NCBI GenBank assembly: GCA_951406725.2
Contig: OX597814.1
Coordinates: 138,880,001-138,944,000 of the forward strand
From: Octopus vulgaris
Taxonomy: Eukaryota
DNA: 64,000 nucleotides
Direction: 5' to 3'
Below the pieces are notes generated by a model, which was not told the origin of the DNA, did no database searches, and saw nothing but the letters and a program-made list of their open reading frames with translations. Both the position numbers and the translations under genes were made by a program. Numbering within the stretch: position 1 is the stretch's first letter; each line of letters opens with the position of its first letter. This document shows positions 11,498-25,233 of the stretch, piece by piece.

Positions 11498-11800
11498 GCA
11501 GTGGTTAGGGTAGCGGATTTGCGGTCGGACGTTCGCGCTTTCGATTCCCAGACCGGGCGTTGTGTGTGTTTATCGAGTAAAAACACCTAAAGCTCCACAA
11601 GGCTCTGGCAGGGGGTGGTGGCGACCCCTGTTGTACTCTTTCGCCCTAACTTTCTCTCACTCTTTCTTCCTTGCTGTCTCTTGAGTAACGCTGCGATGGA
11701 CTGGCGTTCTATCCAGCTGGGAGGAACACATACGCCATAGAAACCGGGAAACCAGGCCCATGAGCCTGGCTAGGCTTGAAAAGGGCGCATAAATAAAAAT
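11498..11800 (+). mobile_element. tRNA-derived SINE sharing its 5' half with 1753 but carrying a different tail
   Basis: Aligned to 1753 through ctctttcttcct, then diverges (gctgcgatggactggcg...aaagggcgcataaataaaa). Confidence 0.85.
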
Positions 11801-11856
11801 ATATATATTATATGCACACATATATGTGTGTATGTCATTACTCAGTTTATTTTACG

Positions 11857-12043
11857 ACGGCGAGCTGGCAGAAACGTTATTTCGTTTGTCTTTACGTCCT
11901 AAGTTCAATTTTCACCGTGGTCGACTTTGCATTTTCTCCTTTAGGGGTAGATAAATTAAGTACCAGTTGCGTACTGGGGTCGATCTAATCGACTGGACCC
12001 ATCCCCCAAAATGTCGGGCCTTGTATCTAGAGTAGAAAAGATT
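11857..12043 (+). mobile_element. Family B SINE, alternative tail
   Basis: ggcgagctggcagaaacgtt head, gtcgactttgc...gataaattaagtaccag core, tail as at 43460. Confidence 0.85.
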
Positions 12044-12044
12044 A

Positions 12045-12463
12045 TTCAGTTTATTTCAAGACTTCTTGCCAATAGAGAAAGAACTGGTATCTAACCTGGA
12101 ACCAAGGTTCCTCCATTGGAATTTCAACATCAACAACAGGGAATTTTTGAATGTATGTATGCATGTCTGTACATATGTATTTATGTATGTGCAGATTTGT
12201 ATGTTTTACATATGTAATTCTCATGCATATAGCTGCATACCTAGACATGCTCATATATATTTAAATGATAAACTTTTGGAAAGTTTTACAGATTTTTACA
12301 GTTCCAGTGATGGATTCGCTCTCTACTCTTCCAATTAGCTTTCTCCATTCTGGATTTGGGAAGCTTAATTTCACAAGATTGGTATTTAGTCTGTGTGTTA
12401 CATATCCCAGGGCCCCAATAATTACAGGGATAAACCTAAACTTGTAAACTGTATAGAGTAACT
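12045..12463 (-). mobile_element. 5'-truncated RLE-encoding LINE (R4/Dong-like), 3' end
   Basis: YKFRFIPVIIGALGYVTHRLNTNL...ITGTVKICKTF plus a 3' UTR matching 57930-58260; abuts (TATG)n. Confidence 0.8.
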
Positions 12464-12890
12464 GTATGTATGTATGTATGTATGTATGTATGTATGTATG
12501 TATGTATGTATGTATAAATGTATGTATTTTTGATAATTCCAAGTCGAAATCTCATAGATTGCAGTTATGTTTCACATTTAGCCGATTCTGAATAAATCAG
12601 AGAATTAAATGAAACAATTTCATATTCAAACGGAGGATGAAAAAATGAAAGAGCTTTACACATGTACGTTAATAATATGAAACCTTTTGATGTGTAACGT
12701 TATCGTATATGGCCGCATGTCGTTCATCACTATTCATTTTGATATATGACAGCAATCTCAAAGGATGAAAGACAAAGTTGATCTCAAATCATAGGGAGAT
12801 GGAAAAAAAATAAAGCAACTAATTTTGCTTTACCCTAACGACATTCTCCCTCTGTCAAACTCATACACAATCACACGCGCACACACGATA

Positions 12891-13110
12891 TACGAAAGGG
12901 TGCTGAAAAATCCCTGGCTTTAAGGGTGTCGCTGAAGGCATGGTTGGAGGCCCAACCTTCCGGGTTCTTTTACAGTGATTAGAAAAAAACTGAAGGACCG
13001 CTACAATAGATGTGTGAATTTGGGAGGGATATGTGCTGAAGGAATTGTAATTAACTGATCTTCTAGTATTTTCTTTTACCCAAAGCAAGGAACTTTTCAA
13101 CATCCCAATA
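12891..13110 (+). mobile_element. Mariner-derived MITE
   Basis: Imperfect TIRs tacgaaagggtgctgaaaaatccctggcttt / aaagcaaggaacttttcaacatccc with TA flanks. Confidence 0.75.
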
Positions 13111-14449
13111 CATATATATATATATATGGCTGCGGCCATACATGTGAAATTTGGCATACACTTCCACATAACAAGAGTGCCCTACAGTCAAAACAAGTAG
13201 TGCACTACTATGCAAAATTCAGCAGAAAATATATCCCAACTAAACATTATAATCATTTACTTTATTTTACGAGCTTAACATGCACCACTGTTAGCTGTTA
13301 CAAACTGCGGACAGGAAAAGATGGGCAATATTTGGTATACGTTTTCCACGATCCTCCTCGACACAAGATATACGGTTCATGCTCTAAGCAGAACACCTTC
13401 TTGGAGACGTTGTGAGCTCATAAATGGTAAAAAAAAAACGTTCGAGAGCAATATAGAAAGCACTGGAAATATAGAAGAGTTGACAATATTTTTCTTAGAA
13501 ATAAATACAAAAAGAGATACAAAACATATATTAAGTGCATTATCAAAAAACTATTTGTTCATATAAGAATATAGGTGAACATTATGCTATCGGTAAGCAT
13601 AATGTGTCAAATCGCTCACGTTTTTCTTTATTTTAGCAAACAAGTCTACTAATTAAAGTAACTAAAATTAGTACGAGTGGGCAGGAGTGCTATAATGTAA
13701 TACTAGCGGGACACGAATTAATGGTAAACCTACTGGGTTATTTGTGAAAGCTTTATCGAAAACACCTAAAAGCGTAGTCTGTGTTGTGTCTGTATAGAAA
13801 AATAGTCGCTACTCATTGCAAAGTGAAAGAAATTGAAATGTAATGATTACTTAATGCACTTTATAAATACACTTTATATTGACTTAATACACCGCACTCA
13901 TGAAATAAATATTCACTCTTATTTTCCCATTTTTCCCAGAAACAAACAAAAAAATATCCCGTGTATATGATACAACCTTTAGTTAAATTGCATATATCTG
14001 CCACGTAAATAAGCGTGATATTTCATGGAATTGCACTTATGCGCATGCGTTAAGTGATAGCTGATATAAAAACTTTCTTCAATTAAAAAAATACACTTTT
14101 CACTATCCAGTCACCACAAACATCTCCGACTCCTCCACAACCATCACCTCCAACACCACCTCCATCACCATCACCACCACCAACAACAGCAACACCACCA
14201 TCATCATCTCTCTCCCTCTCTCTTTCTCTCTCCTCTCTCTCTCCTCTCTCTCTCTCCTCTCTCTCCCTGTCTCTCTCCTTCTCTGTCTTTCTTTAACCTC
14301 ATCATCAGAACATCACCCCTCTGCTAAAATTATATCTCTAATTCTCTCTATATCACTTTCTTCAGCTAATTTTTTAAACCAATTAATAAATATTATATTT
14401 CCCCTACGCTATATACGCTTCTCTCTCCCTATTTTTCTTTCTCCGTCTC

Positions 14450-14505
<56 letters not shown>

Positions 14506-15899
14506 CCTGTTTCTGTAACGCAATGACAAGCAGAATTATTATAAGTGGCATAATAAATTCAGTGCACCAAATTAGTTTGTTTGATGAAAATAATCGTCTG
14601 TTTGAAGAAAAGGTTGTAAAACCTGGTATGAGCAATGGGGTGTACAATGCCATTGAGTGAAGGGCAAAAGTGAGTTAGAGAATAGTGAAAGACAGTAAAA
14701 TAATACAGTCTTATTTACCTTTATATAGTTGCGAAGGTCTTAGCTGAAATGCTTTTGATCATTAGTTTGCCAGTTCAGGGTTGACTTCGATGATAACCAA
14801 TAACCGCAAAAAGATCTTTCTTTACATTATATAGAATGACTTTATAGTTTGGTGCAGAAAGAAAATTGTATATTCACAGGTCAGTTCGGACTAACCAGAT
14901 CTATATTCAAAGCCATTCCTGCAATTTATTCAGCCATAGAAAATCTAGAACCACACTAGTTGATGCATCTTTCATTAATCAAAGAGACTGGAGTGTTATT
15001 TGACAGATATTTGACTGCTACTTCTGGAAGTAAAAGCTCGAACGACTTCCAAAAATGTCTTCTTCGTTAGAGTTGAGCAGCAAAAGTCAAGAGCGAGCAA
15101 TACATGAATTGAATGAAATCTATAAATTGTAAATGTGTATCTAAAAAGTATTAAATATTACAATAAAATAAAACAATGCTTGGTTTCTGTAGCTAATAAC
15201 TAATCTTTGTTCACACTCTACTTCCTCTAGATTACTGAGAAAATGTCAAGTTTCAAAGATCATATCTTGTCAAGTCGCGCGTATTCTAGACTTGCTCTTC
15301 TGTATTATTTTTCTGCAGTTATTATGCTTTCGCATTGTTCTTTGTCGTTTTTTTGTTATGCCCCTTATAACTTTTTTGTATTTGTATATTTCTATGCTTT
15401 GTTATAAATGTGCATGCAATTAACAATTAAAGTTGGTTATTTTATCTGACTGTCGTACGAGGCAAGATCTAAAAGTTCGTGCCATTATATATTTTCTTTC
15501 TTTAAAGTGATTCAGTTATCACAATTTTTTTCCTTAGTCTTTCTATTTTATTTATTCGGCAATTAACACACCTCTAAAGTAAATTAAGTAAATACCAAAG
15601 ATTACTAATCAATATATCTCACTTAAAGAAAATAATACACAGATTCACAGAATTCTTTGCACGCTTTGAGTAATCACGTAGACGAAAATCGACAAAAGAA
15701 TTCCGGAAAACGTGTCTAATAATGATTTCTTACATTGGTACAAAGACCACAGATTTGTTAGTGGGGGGTTACACTTGGTAGAAGGGGGTTCTGAGCGACA
15801 GAATCTAGCCTAGATTGAGATTCCTATTTATGGTATCGATCTTTCTATGATGAATAGCAAAGTCAGGCAACAAATATTTGACTCTTAACAATATTTATG

Positions 15900-16900
15900 T
15901 TTGATTTTATGAAATATTCGATAAGTGCTCATGAACTTTGCAGACGCAACCAGACAGGTCAAATTGGTGCGGTTGATGTTCAAGTTAATGTACGCAGTGT
16001 AACTTTGAAAGGATGGGAAGTATGACATAGCAAAAGCGATCGCCAGAATTAGACGCGATTACGATAGTGATAGAAGAGATACGGTAGAGAAAAGAAAGAA
16101 ATTACATTAAAACGACTGATTCTTATATCTGTCAAGACGAGATGTTGTCAATATTGTTGCTTGGGTTACGTGAGCTTCGTGAGACGGTGCTGAGTTTTCT
16201 TTCATCGCATAATTCATCCATCCAGGGCTTAACTTTCTCTAGCAGCATGAATTCTAAAACTTTGTGGAAAATGTGAGATTGCGTGACATGACCTTTGTCT
16301 ATCACTCCTAAAAGCTACACAGTTGCCCCTGCCAGAAACATAGTGTGCATCTCTCTGGTGATATCGGAAGCATTTGCACATAACCATCTGTCATTTTACC
16401 TTTTGGACTTGGTCAAAATTTTTCTCATCGGAGAAGAACCAAAGCTTGTAATATTCGTGGTTTGTAACCTTGTTATGTAATCACTTGGCACAGATCAAAC
16501 GGTTTACCCGCGTTGTTTTAGACATGAATTGGTCTCACATCTGTACATACAAATGATATTGAATGACTTCGTGAACCAGAGTACTGAAAGTCCATTCCGT
16601 CAGCGGAAATTCTTTGGAGATGGATAACCCATGTGATGAATTACGATGGAAACTGTGCCAACGTTTAAAATGATTGATGTTTTTTTTGGTACAGTTGAAA
16701 AATTCTCGCCCAGAGCTTCCAATTCCTTCCAACCTTTTTGTACCAAAGATCTTGCAGCATTTAGAGCATTTTACAATTTCTTAATCACTGTGTTCTGAAC
16801 ATATACCAAAAATTACTGCATATCCTTTCCTTTCTTGTATTAGCATTTTATCTGCCAAAGGGTATCTGAAATAATAATAATCTTTTAATTGATTTGAAGA
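15900..16900 (-). mobile_element. Degraded Tc1/mariner-superfamily (maT-like) transposase remnant
   Basis: Minus-strand pieces LWFFSDEKNFDQVQKV, DRWLC, LLGVIDKGHV, VKPWMD and NSAPSHEAHVTQ, with frameshifts. Confidence 0.7.
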
Positions 16901-19344
16901 GAGTGGAATTCTGATAACTAAGTGTATTCAATGTCTCCAATTATCAATAACCTCAACTAAAGACAATTCAATCCTTTACCAGCTATTTGGCCACTAAATT
17001 TCAAAACCCGGCAGTCTAAGATTACTTTTAAACATCACATCTGGTTGCCTTGTATTTTTCTTTATCTGAACTTGGAAAATACTGTAAGCAACAGGTTTTT
17101 TTTCACATACAGAATAGTAACGGTGTCTTCAGTTCTGTCAATTCTTTGTTTTCCCTCTGAAACTTCAAATTTCACTCTGCTATGTAAACGGAATAATTAC
17201 ATACATGCATCTCCAGTACCAACGGAATGTCATACTATTTTAAATGGCTCCTTATTATAAGCCCAATCATCACTTTACTATCTTTCCTTTATGTGAACTT
17301 GTTCAAAGTAATTCTTCAATTTAATGGGTTAAAGACAGTATGTGGGATGAGAAATGGGTTTCGAGTTGAAAAATACATCAAACGCATTTGTGTATGTGTT
17401 AGTATAATTGATACACGAAACGAATGTATATGAGAGGATACTACCAGATGCAGAGAGACAATAGTGGCAAAGAATGGCCCTTTGCCAGCAGGGTCGTGTG
17501 TATGTTGAAGTTACTGAAGGTGGTGAGTTCTGAGATAGGTAAGGTGTGTTTATTTACAGGAAGTGGCATAACTGGGTTGTTTATTGTACGTGAAGGACAA
17601 TAAGAGGACACGTATATGAGTATATGAATTGATAGGGATTATAGATTTATAGGTTTTTCTATTCTGCATTTGTTTGCCTTCATGGTTTTTTTATAGGTAA
17701 GAACTCGTGATTTTAATTTTAAGAGAACATATTTCAAGCGGAGTATTCGTTCTTAATTAAGAGTTTGTATGTTACTCGAAGTGAGACATTATTATTATAT
17801 ATTAAAATTCTGTACTATCTTACGGCCCCGTCCTTAATTAAGAAATGCTTGTTTTGCCTGATTATCAAACCCCCATGAAGCCAAGGCAGCTAAAACGAAA
17901 GACATACATTCATGGAGCAATGTGGTAAATTAGAATTCGACAAATACAATATAATAAATGCTAATGGCTATAATAACAGCTAATTAGATATGAATTATTT
18001 GATTATGAAAGTTGGTGATCTATTTTAGTATATTAGTAATAGTATTTTACTTAACCATACTGCTTCAATATTATTTTTTCATCCAAAGTTTTTTATTCTA
18101 GTCAATTTTCTTTTCTTTTATGCCTGGGTGAAACGTGAACATGTCCATAATTTTTAACTTCCAGACAACCCGGTTTTATGAATATACGTAATTAAACACT
18201 GATATCTCCTCAATGGTATATTCTAAAGATTTTTATTCTTACTTTCACTATTTCATCAGTTTCTTCGCTAAGATTAGATTTAAGTCCAGCCGGGTGCCGA
18301 CGGTGAAGAAATATAGCTGCAGCCAGGTTTCAAATTTTAGAAAGAAATAATTCAGTTCATTTATATTTAATATTAAATATTGTTTATTTTCGGAAGATAC
18401 AGAGAGGTATGATAAACGACAACATACGAAGCGATGTATACATATATAGATGTGTATGCGTGGGAGTGTTGTTAGTAGGTTACGAATGAAGTCATGAAAA
18501 AATTTGCAAGTATTCAACCATAGTTTGAATAATGCTGTCAGTACAACCATTGTTTTTAGAACGAATTCGGATTCACAATAATGGATAAACTGAAAAACTT
18601 AATTACTAAAAGAATTGCTCATTACTTATTTTATTGTTCGTTATCTACGTGTACATATATACATGCATACATACATACGTACATACTGTTAGTAAATTAA
18701 GGTTTTCTTACAAATTATACCTGTTTTATGAGTATATTATGAAATAATATTAGTATTGAGCTTTGTACCTTACACTGCATTATAAATTATAACAGGTAAA
18801 CAGACAGTTTTTCATGCAGCACTGTAAGGTCAGGATGAAGTCCATTGTCAAATAGGTGTAAATAGCTAAAGTGTGAAACTCTTACAAATTGGCTAGACCT
18901 TAGCAAACTTATAAGCAGAGGTAATTCTACACTCAGTTTTTTGTGGCAGTGTTTCCTGTGAGACAAGGTTGTTCAGTTGGATTCTGGAAGCTATGATTGC
19001 CTGTTTAGTTTATGCACTTTGTGCTTCGTGTTAGGCATTTATGGATTTATTTTGACTGCACGTCTAGTGTAGCATTAATTTATTTGTTCCTATATATTTG
19101 TTTGTATGTAAGTTGTTTGTGTATGCTGACGCTTAATTGTTAATAATATTTTAAAAAACTTCATGGTGTGTTGTTGTTTTGGGTTCACCCCATCATTGTT
19201 GGTTGTGTAGATTCGGGTTATGGCCACCATATCGTAACGATATATACATAGTCTGAATAATGACATACATTAATAATGACATTCATTAATACATGCATGC
19301 ATATTATATATATACGCAGCATACATATATGTATGTACGTATGT

Positions 19345-19530
19345 ATATTTTGATTCTTGTTTCATCGTCGTTGCAGAAGGCATCCGACAGCATGGCTGAT
19401 AACATCATGCTCAACAGCGTAGGTGCGACTACACAGCACTGCGTGGCTCTGTTAGTAACTGGGAATGCGTCGGAAGAATCTCTACTGTCCAGTACTCGAG
19501 CGGCCATGCCATTGTGGAATTTGTGCTGGT
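19345..19530 (-). mobile_element. RTE-clade LINE RT fragment
   Basis: FHNGMAARV...SDAFPVTN..TQCCVVAPTLLSMMLSAMLSDAF matches RTE FHDGM...GVKQGCVLAPTLF. Confidence 0.8.
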
Positions 19531-20599
19531 AGCCGTTCAAGAATTTGGATCTGGAGATCTCCATTTCCAGCGACTTCAAGGGCCACTTCCCAGTGGTGTC
19601 GGACGTCAGCGAAGAGCCCTCGACTACAACAAGACGACCAAAGTTTTATTTTTCCAAGGTCTGGGGTCTCCCGCCCCTAAGCCCTAGACCATCACCTAAT
19701 CACCCTTACCCGTCTTGTTGTTTAACAACAACAACAACCATGACCCTCGTACGACACTCATACTTGTAAAAGCATTACTTCCTGACTCATGCTTTATAAG
19801 TATTGCACGGATGGTACAGTATATAGCTTAGAGGATTCGAGCTGCTCGTACGAAGTGGTAACTTTAGTAAAGATAGCGTTTTCTAATGATTCATGACCAT
19901 AAATATTCATTTACAGTAAAGTAAAAAAGAATGCTGAGGGGAGTTAACCAAAAGCCATTAATCAATACACAGAGAATACAAATCCTTAAACGACAGCTCT
20001 ACTTATCTACACGTAATCGTTTCTTGCATGTGCAACATTGTCATTTCATTGTATATAGCGATATAAAGTAAAACGAACAGTATAGGCAAGCAACAGCGTG
20101 ATGGATGCGAGAAAATGCACAAAGATAAAAAAACACAAAATAGAAATTCTTCAATTGCAGTAAAATCTTTTCATTAAATTCTATCTCTCTCTATTTTTTA
20201 ATCCATTTTACTGTTATATCGAATAAAAAATTATTACGAATTTCTGTTATGTTGTTAGATGTCTATCGGATTGATGTTAAGGATATTTTTTCTAATTATT
20301 TCCTTTGATGTTATATTAAACATTCAACATTGTAAGTTGTTATTCTTGCAACAACATAGTAATATAGACTCTTTTTCTGTCTGTTGTAGCTCTGTTTCTT
20401 TGCGTATTTCTTTCTTTCTCTCCTCGTCTCCCCTCTCCTCTTTCCGCCGCCGCCCTCTGACTCACCTACTCGATCACCATCTCTCTATCCTTTATCTCAT
20501 CAGCTGAGATGGTTTTAATTTGATTGTAGAGATTCAAAGTTGTGGGATATTGGCCTCAGATCAGGCACACACATGCATACAAACATGAATATACATATA

Positions 20600-20720
<121 letters not shown>

Positions 20721-20931
20721 CCAAAATGGTTTTAAGGGATATCTGATCCTGATCCTGCTGGTTACCGTGTTGTCTGTTATATAGGTTCTCGATGCCGGCT
20801 AGCCTCAGCAAATGATAGTGAAGCACGTGTTAGTAAAAGTTTTCTACACTCGTTATTATCTTTGCTTGGTAAATCTGAATGTCCTTTTAAGGACTGCATA
20901 CATGATTCTATGGAAAAAATAATGAGATTAA

Positions 20932-20980
<49 letters not shown>

Positions 20981-21149
20981 GTACTAAATGTCCTGATATT
21001 GAAATACGAGGTAAAACTGGAAATTTCTTCTGTTTTCTTTTTCCTTTTGTAATTTACTTTATACCTTTGCGCACTGTTCCGACTTTACATAACTAGATTC
21101 TTTAAAGTTAAACCTCACAATGCTTCGCTAAAACTACCGCATTTATATA

Positions 21150-21187
<38 letters not shown>

Positions 21188-21194
21188 TATATAA

Positions 21195-22820
21195 TTTCAG
21201 TAAAACAATTAAGATTCAAGTGAATTCCAATGAATTCACATGAATGTGGTACTTAACTTAGATGCACCAGAAATCTTTATGGTATTAACCATAAAATAAT
21301 GTGGGGTGATTATAAACAAGAAAAAAGCAACAAGAATGGATTAGTTGTTCAGTAAGATCTGGGAACTCAAAAATAATAATATTAAATATAATCTTAATTG
21401 GGAAATAGAAGAGCGATACCTTATAGAAATATCAGGGTAGGTTGCCAACTCTGCTCCATGGAGACATATGAAATTTTAAAGCATAGAAAAAATAAAAATT
21501 TGTTAAATAACCGTATTGAATTAGGCCAGTCTTGTATTCACTCAAAAATCAAGACTCTTAAATATTTTAAATAAAAATCGTATAGAATAATCGTATAGAG
21601 CTAGGTCTATCTTGTATTTACTAAAAAAGCAAAACTCTAATATATTTTAAATAGATATCTGTGAGCTCTTCCATTGGTGTTCTTTCTTTCTAACTGTACC
21701 TGTTTAGAACATAAAAAAACAAATAGTATTTGTACGTTGCCAAATTTTAATTGACTATATAGTCAATTTAATTAACCTAACTTAAATCAAATAAATTGCT
21801 AATACTTCCTAATTCTATTCTAAGTTTAATAGGTAATGCTACTCTCTTAATAATAATAATATAAAGAATTTTCACTATATTTTGAATAAGCAATACTCTC
21901 ACACCATTTACTATAGAAATTAATTGACCTCTAGGTAAAGACCTAAATTCTGTCTTACAATTTATAAACATTAGTATAAATAGAAACAATAATAAATAAA
22001 TAAATAAATAAATAAATAACCTCCTGTTCTAGTGTTGCACTTAAATTTCTTACTGTATCTTCCTCTACTGATAGCCTTTGACCCCTTTAATTCTTTCCTT
22101 TGATAACTTTATATTCTTTATCCCGCCATTAACTCTGTAGGAGTGGCAGTTAATAGCTGTCTACTGGTCAAAAATAATGTTCTCTTATAAATCTTAAATT
22201 CCTGCAACACTGACTTAGATTTTCTGTCACCACAGAAATAAACTGAACTTTGTAGGTTGTGTACTTACACCCCCTTCCTCCCGTAATGTCCTTATTTGGG
22301 CGGTTTCTGCTTCACTGACTTCTTTTGCGACTTCTTTTAGCCACTATAGCCAATCTCTTCTTCCAACAACGTAGTTTGTGAAATGAATAGATGTGTGATC
22401 AACATCTTCTCCTCATATATCAGGAAATTACATCTGCATTATTATGGATACATTCATCTTCTCTGAGAATAAAATCTCTCCTTATATCTCCGGAAATTAC
22501 ACCTGCATTATTATGGATGGATTTACCTTTTCTGTGAAGCTAACAATCTTTTTTAAAAACCTTTTATAAAAATGTGAATCATTAGAAAACATTTTAAGTC
22601 TGCTTACAATCTAACTTTGCTTTTCATGGAACTCTCTTCGATACTTCGTGAGTGTAGCCTCACCCCCCCCCCCCCTAGGATGTTTGGAAAACTCATATGT
22701 GTTTTGGCTGATGAATACGGGACACTTGTATTTGCTGCAATATTTGCAGCTTTAAATAAATCTGTTCTTCGTATGAAACAATTGTACTGAACAACTAATC
22801 CATTCTTGTTGCTTTTTACT

Positions 22821-22823
<3 letters not shown>
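21195..22823 (+). mobile_element. Non-autonomous Penelope-like element with hammerhead and inverted terminal copy
   Basis: (TA)n on both sides; 22785-22823 repeated inverted at 21316-21354 (1 mismatch); hammerhead immediately upstream; internal tandem duplications at ~21505-21655 and ~22408-22535. Confidence 0.7.
22703..22791 (+). ncRNA. Type I hammerhead ribozyme with branched stem II
   Basis: CUGAUGA at 22708-22714, stem II AUACGGG/UUCGUAU with inner hairpin GCUGCAA/UUGCAGC, GAAAC at 22775-22779, palindrome ACAAUUGU, GUA at 22784-22786, stem I UUUGG/CUGAA (wobble pairs). Confidence 0.8.
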
Positions 22824-22856
<33 letters not shown>

Positions 22857-22857
22857 C

Positions 22858-24850
22858 ATCATTGGACACAATGAAAACAAGATAAGTGAAGGAGGAACAG
22901 TTTTAATGCTTTCTCATCAACATTGGGGCAACAGTCTACACTGAGATTCAGGCAACACTAAGCTAACAAGAGCTCCATTTTGTCTATTTAAGATAACCCT
23001 TCTAAATATCTTCCCCGCAACAAACAAAAGGGAGATACCTCTATAGTTGTCACATTCACAATTGTTACCTTTGTGTTTATAAAGATGGACAATAGAAGCC
23101 TTTTTGAACTCCTGTGGAAATGATTCCCAGATTAAGAAGAAGAATTCAGAAAACTTCTTCAGCAGGAGACTGTCACCACATTTATATCTCTCAGCCGGTA
23201 TGCCATCGTTCCCAGACAACTTTCCATTCGTGAGCTGTTCTATGGCCTTTTTTATTTATGCATTTGATGGAGCGACTGACAGTTCTTCAAGGACAGGCCT
23301 TTGTGGTAGGTTAATGATCAATTCTTCATCAACAATTGAGTTCATATTCAGAAATTTTGAAACGTGCTCTGCACAGCGCTTCGTGATCTTCTTTTTATGT
23401 CAGATTACCTTTTTAAACTCATTGTGTTTTGTGGCATTATTTCTATTTGACATCCATTGGCATACTGTCCAAAAGAGAACAGATGTTTTTTATGCATATT
23501 GTCCAAAAGAGAACATATGTTTGGATCAGTTGAGTTATACCAATCTTGGTGCTTCCTCTTGGCATGCCCAAGTGTTTAATAAGATGACTCAAATACAGTG
23601 TATTTAAAAGTAGATCACTTTGATTTAATATCTGGGTTGTCTGAGATGCTAGCAAGTTTGTTGTCACAGGTTGTTTGAAGTGAGATTAAATTATCATTGT
23701 TCTTCAGCTTTGTCACATCCATTTTTCGAATTGGTCAAGTGCGATTGCTATGAATAGGACTGCGGATAGTAAAATTCACCTTTGATCGTATCAGTCTATG
23801 GTCAGACCAGCAATTCTCAACGGAGAAGGAAGTGTTACTTGGACATCTTCCCTCATGGAAGACCTCACAGTTATGTAATCAATGAGGTGATACTGATTTG
23901 ATGGGGAATGCTTCCAAGTAGTTTTGTGGTGGTTGGAGAGTTGGAAAATGGTATTGGTAATCAAAAGACCATACTTATTGCAAAGCGATAGCAGCAGATA
24001 GCAGTTTCAGTTTGCTTTGCCAACCACATGCTTCCTTATTACGTCACCCTATATGAATGTATCACAGCCTTCACGTAAAATCACCAAAGAGAAGTTTATC
24101 ATTGATGGAGACACTTCTCAACTATCTGTGTAACTCAAAGTAGAACTGCTTTTTGACCACTTCATTTGAGTTCATGGTTGGAGCTTAGCAGCTGAAAATA
24201 GTTGCATATTTACTTTTGCCAATGCAGATGCCCAATGAGATGAGCTATTCACTAAAGCCAACAGGTAGACATTCAGGTTGTTTCACCAGGTCATTCCGAA
24301 TAGCAAGCCCAACACCTGCGTCTTTCTTTATTCCTGAGGTTTACCCGTCCAGAAAAAACTGTATCCACCATCAATGTCTTGTAGCTGACCACAGTCCGCT
24401 AAAATGGTTTGTGAAATACCTGTTATTCCGATGGGTTTTTTTCCTTCAATAGACGTGCAACCGAAGTGGTCCTGTGTTCTGTATATTTTTGCTTTCCTAA
24501 AGAGTTCTCACATTCCAAGACGCAATAAAGAGGTTTCTCTGTTTTCAATTTGCCTAATTTTCTGGCGCAGGATCAATGCGAGTAAACAATTTTGGGGTCG
24601 CATTTTTTTTACTCCTTCTTCCATAAGAGAAAAGCAGTGTGATCCTAAACATGGATGTCAATTGCCTGCAAATGTCATCCTAAATATGGATGTCAATTAT
24701 CTTCAGATGTCATGTATAGCAGCCGCCTACCTTTTACCAACTATGTACAAGGTTCAAGCTAAAAACTTCCAGTGATATCTATCACCTGTTTCCGTGTCGC
24801 TATCCCTTCATCGTCACAAATATGTGAGTAGTAGACGAGCGTGAATCAAA
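22858..24850 (-). mobile_element. Degraded RTE-clade LINE (APE endonuclease and start of RT)
   Basis: GNDGIPAE..K...ASIVHLYKHKGN..CDNYRGISLL..AGKIF....LPESQC; upstream endonuclease remnants (HLIDYI, DHRLIRSK). Confidence 0.85.
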
Positions 24851-25233
24851 CTTCTTATGAGAACCAATAAGAGAGCTGGGCTGAAATAATTTTCTCGCAC
24901 TGAATAAGAAGGCTCATCATTGAGATGTAGTTTTTTTAGTATGTATAAGTGTGGGTTCCATGCAAGATCATCAGACGTGTTATGTTTTAACATTTGTAGT
25001 GACTTTCAATTCCATAGGTCAATTGTTTATCCAACGTAAGACAAGTTTATTGCAAGAATTTAATGCAACGACCATATAAATTGTATTCTGTATATTAACG
25101 TCAGTGATAATATTCATGCTACTTTTCAATGCATGAAGCTATTTGGAAAACTGAAACGTGTTTGAAACAGACTCATTTGACAAGTAGAGCCAAATGTCAC
25201 ACATGAGTGAATGTGGCTTCGTAACATGTAACC

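Noticed and set aside
14040-14049. NRF1-like motif TGCGCATGCG before CA/CT-rich tracts, a possible promoter
   Set aside because: A single short motif with no identifiable downstream exon; unsupported.
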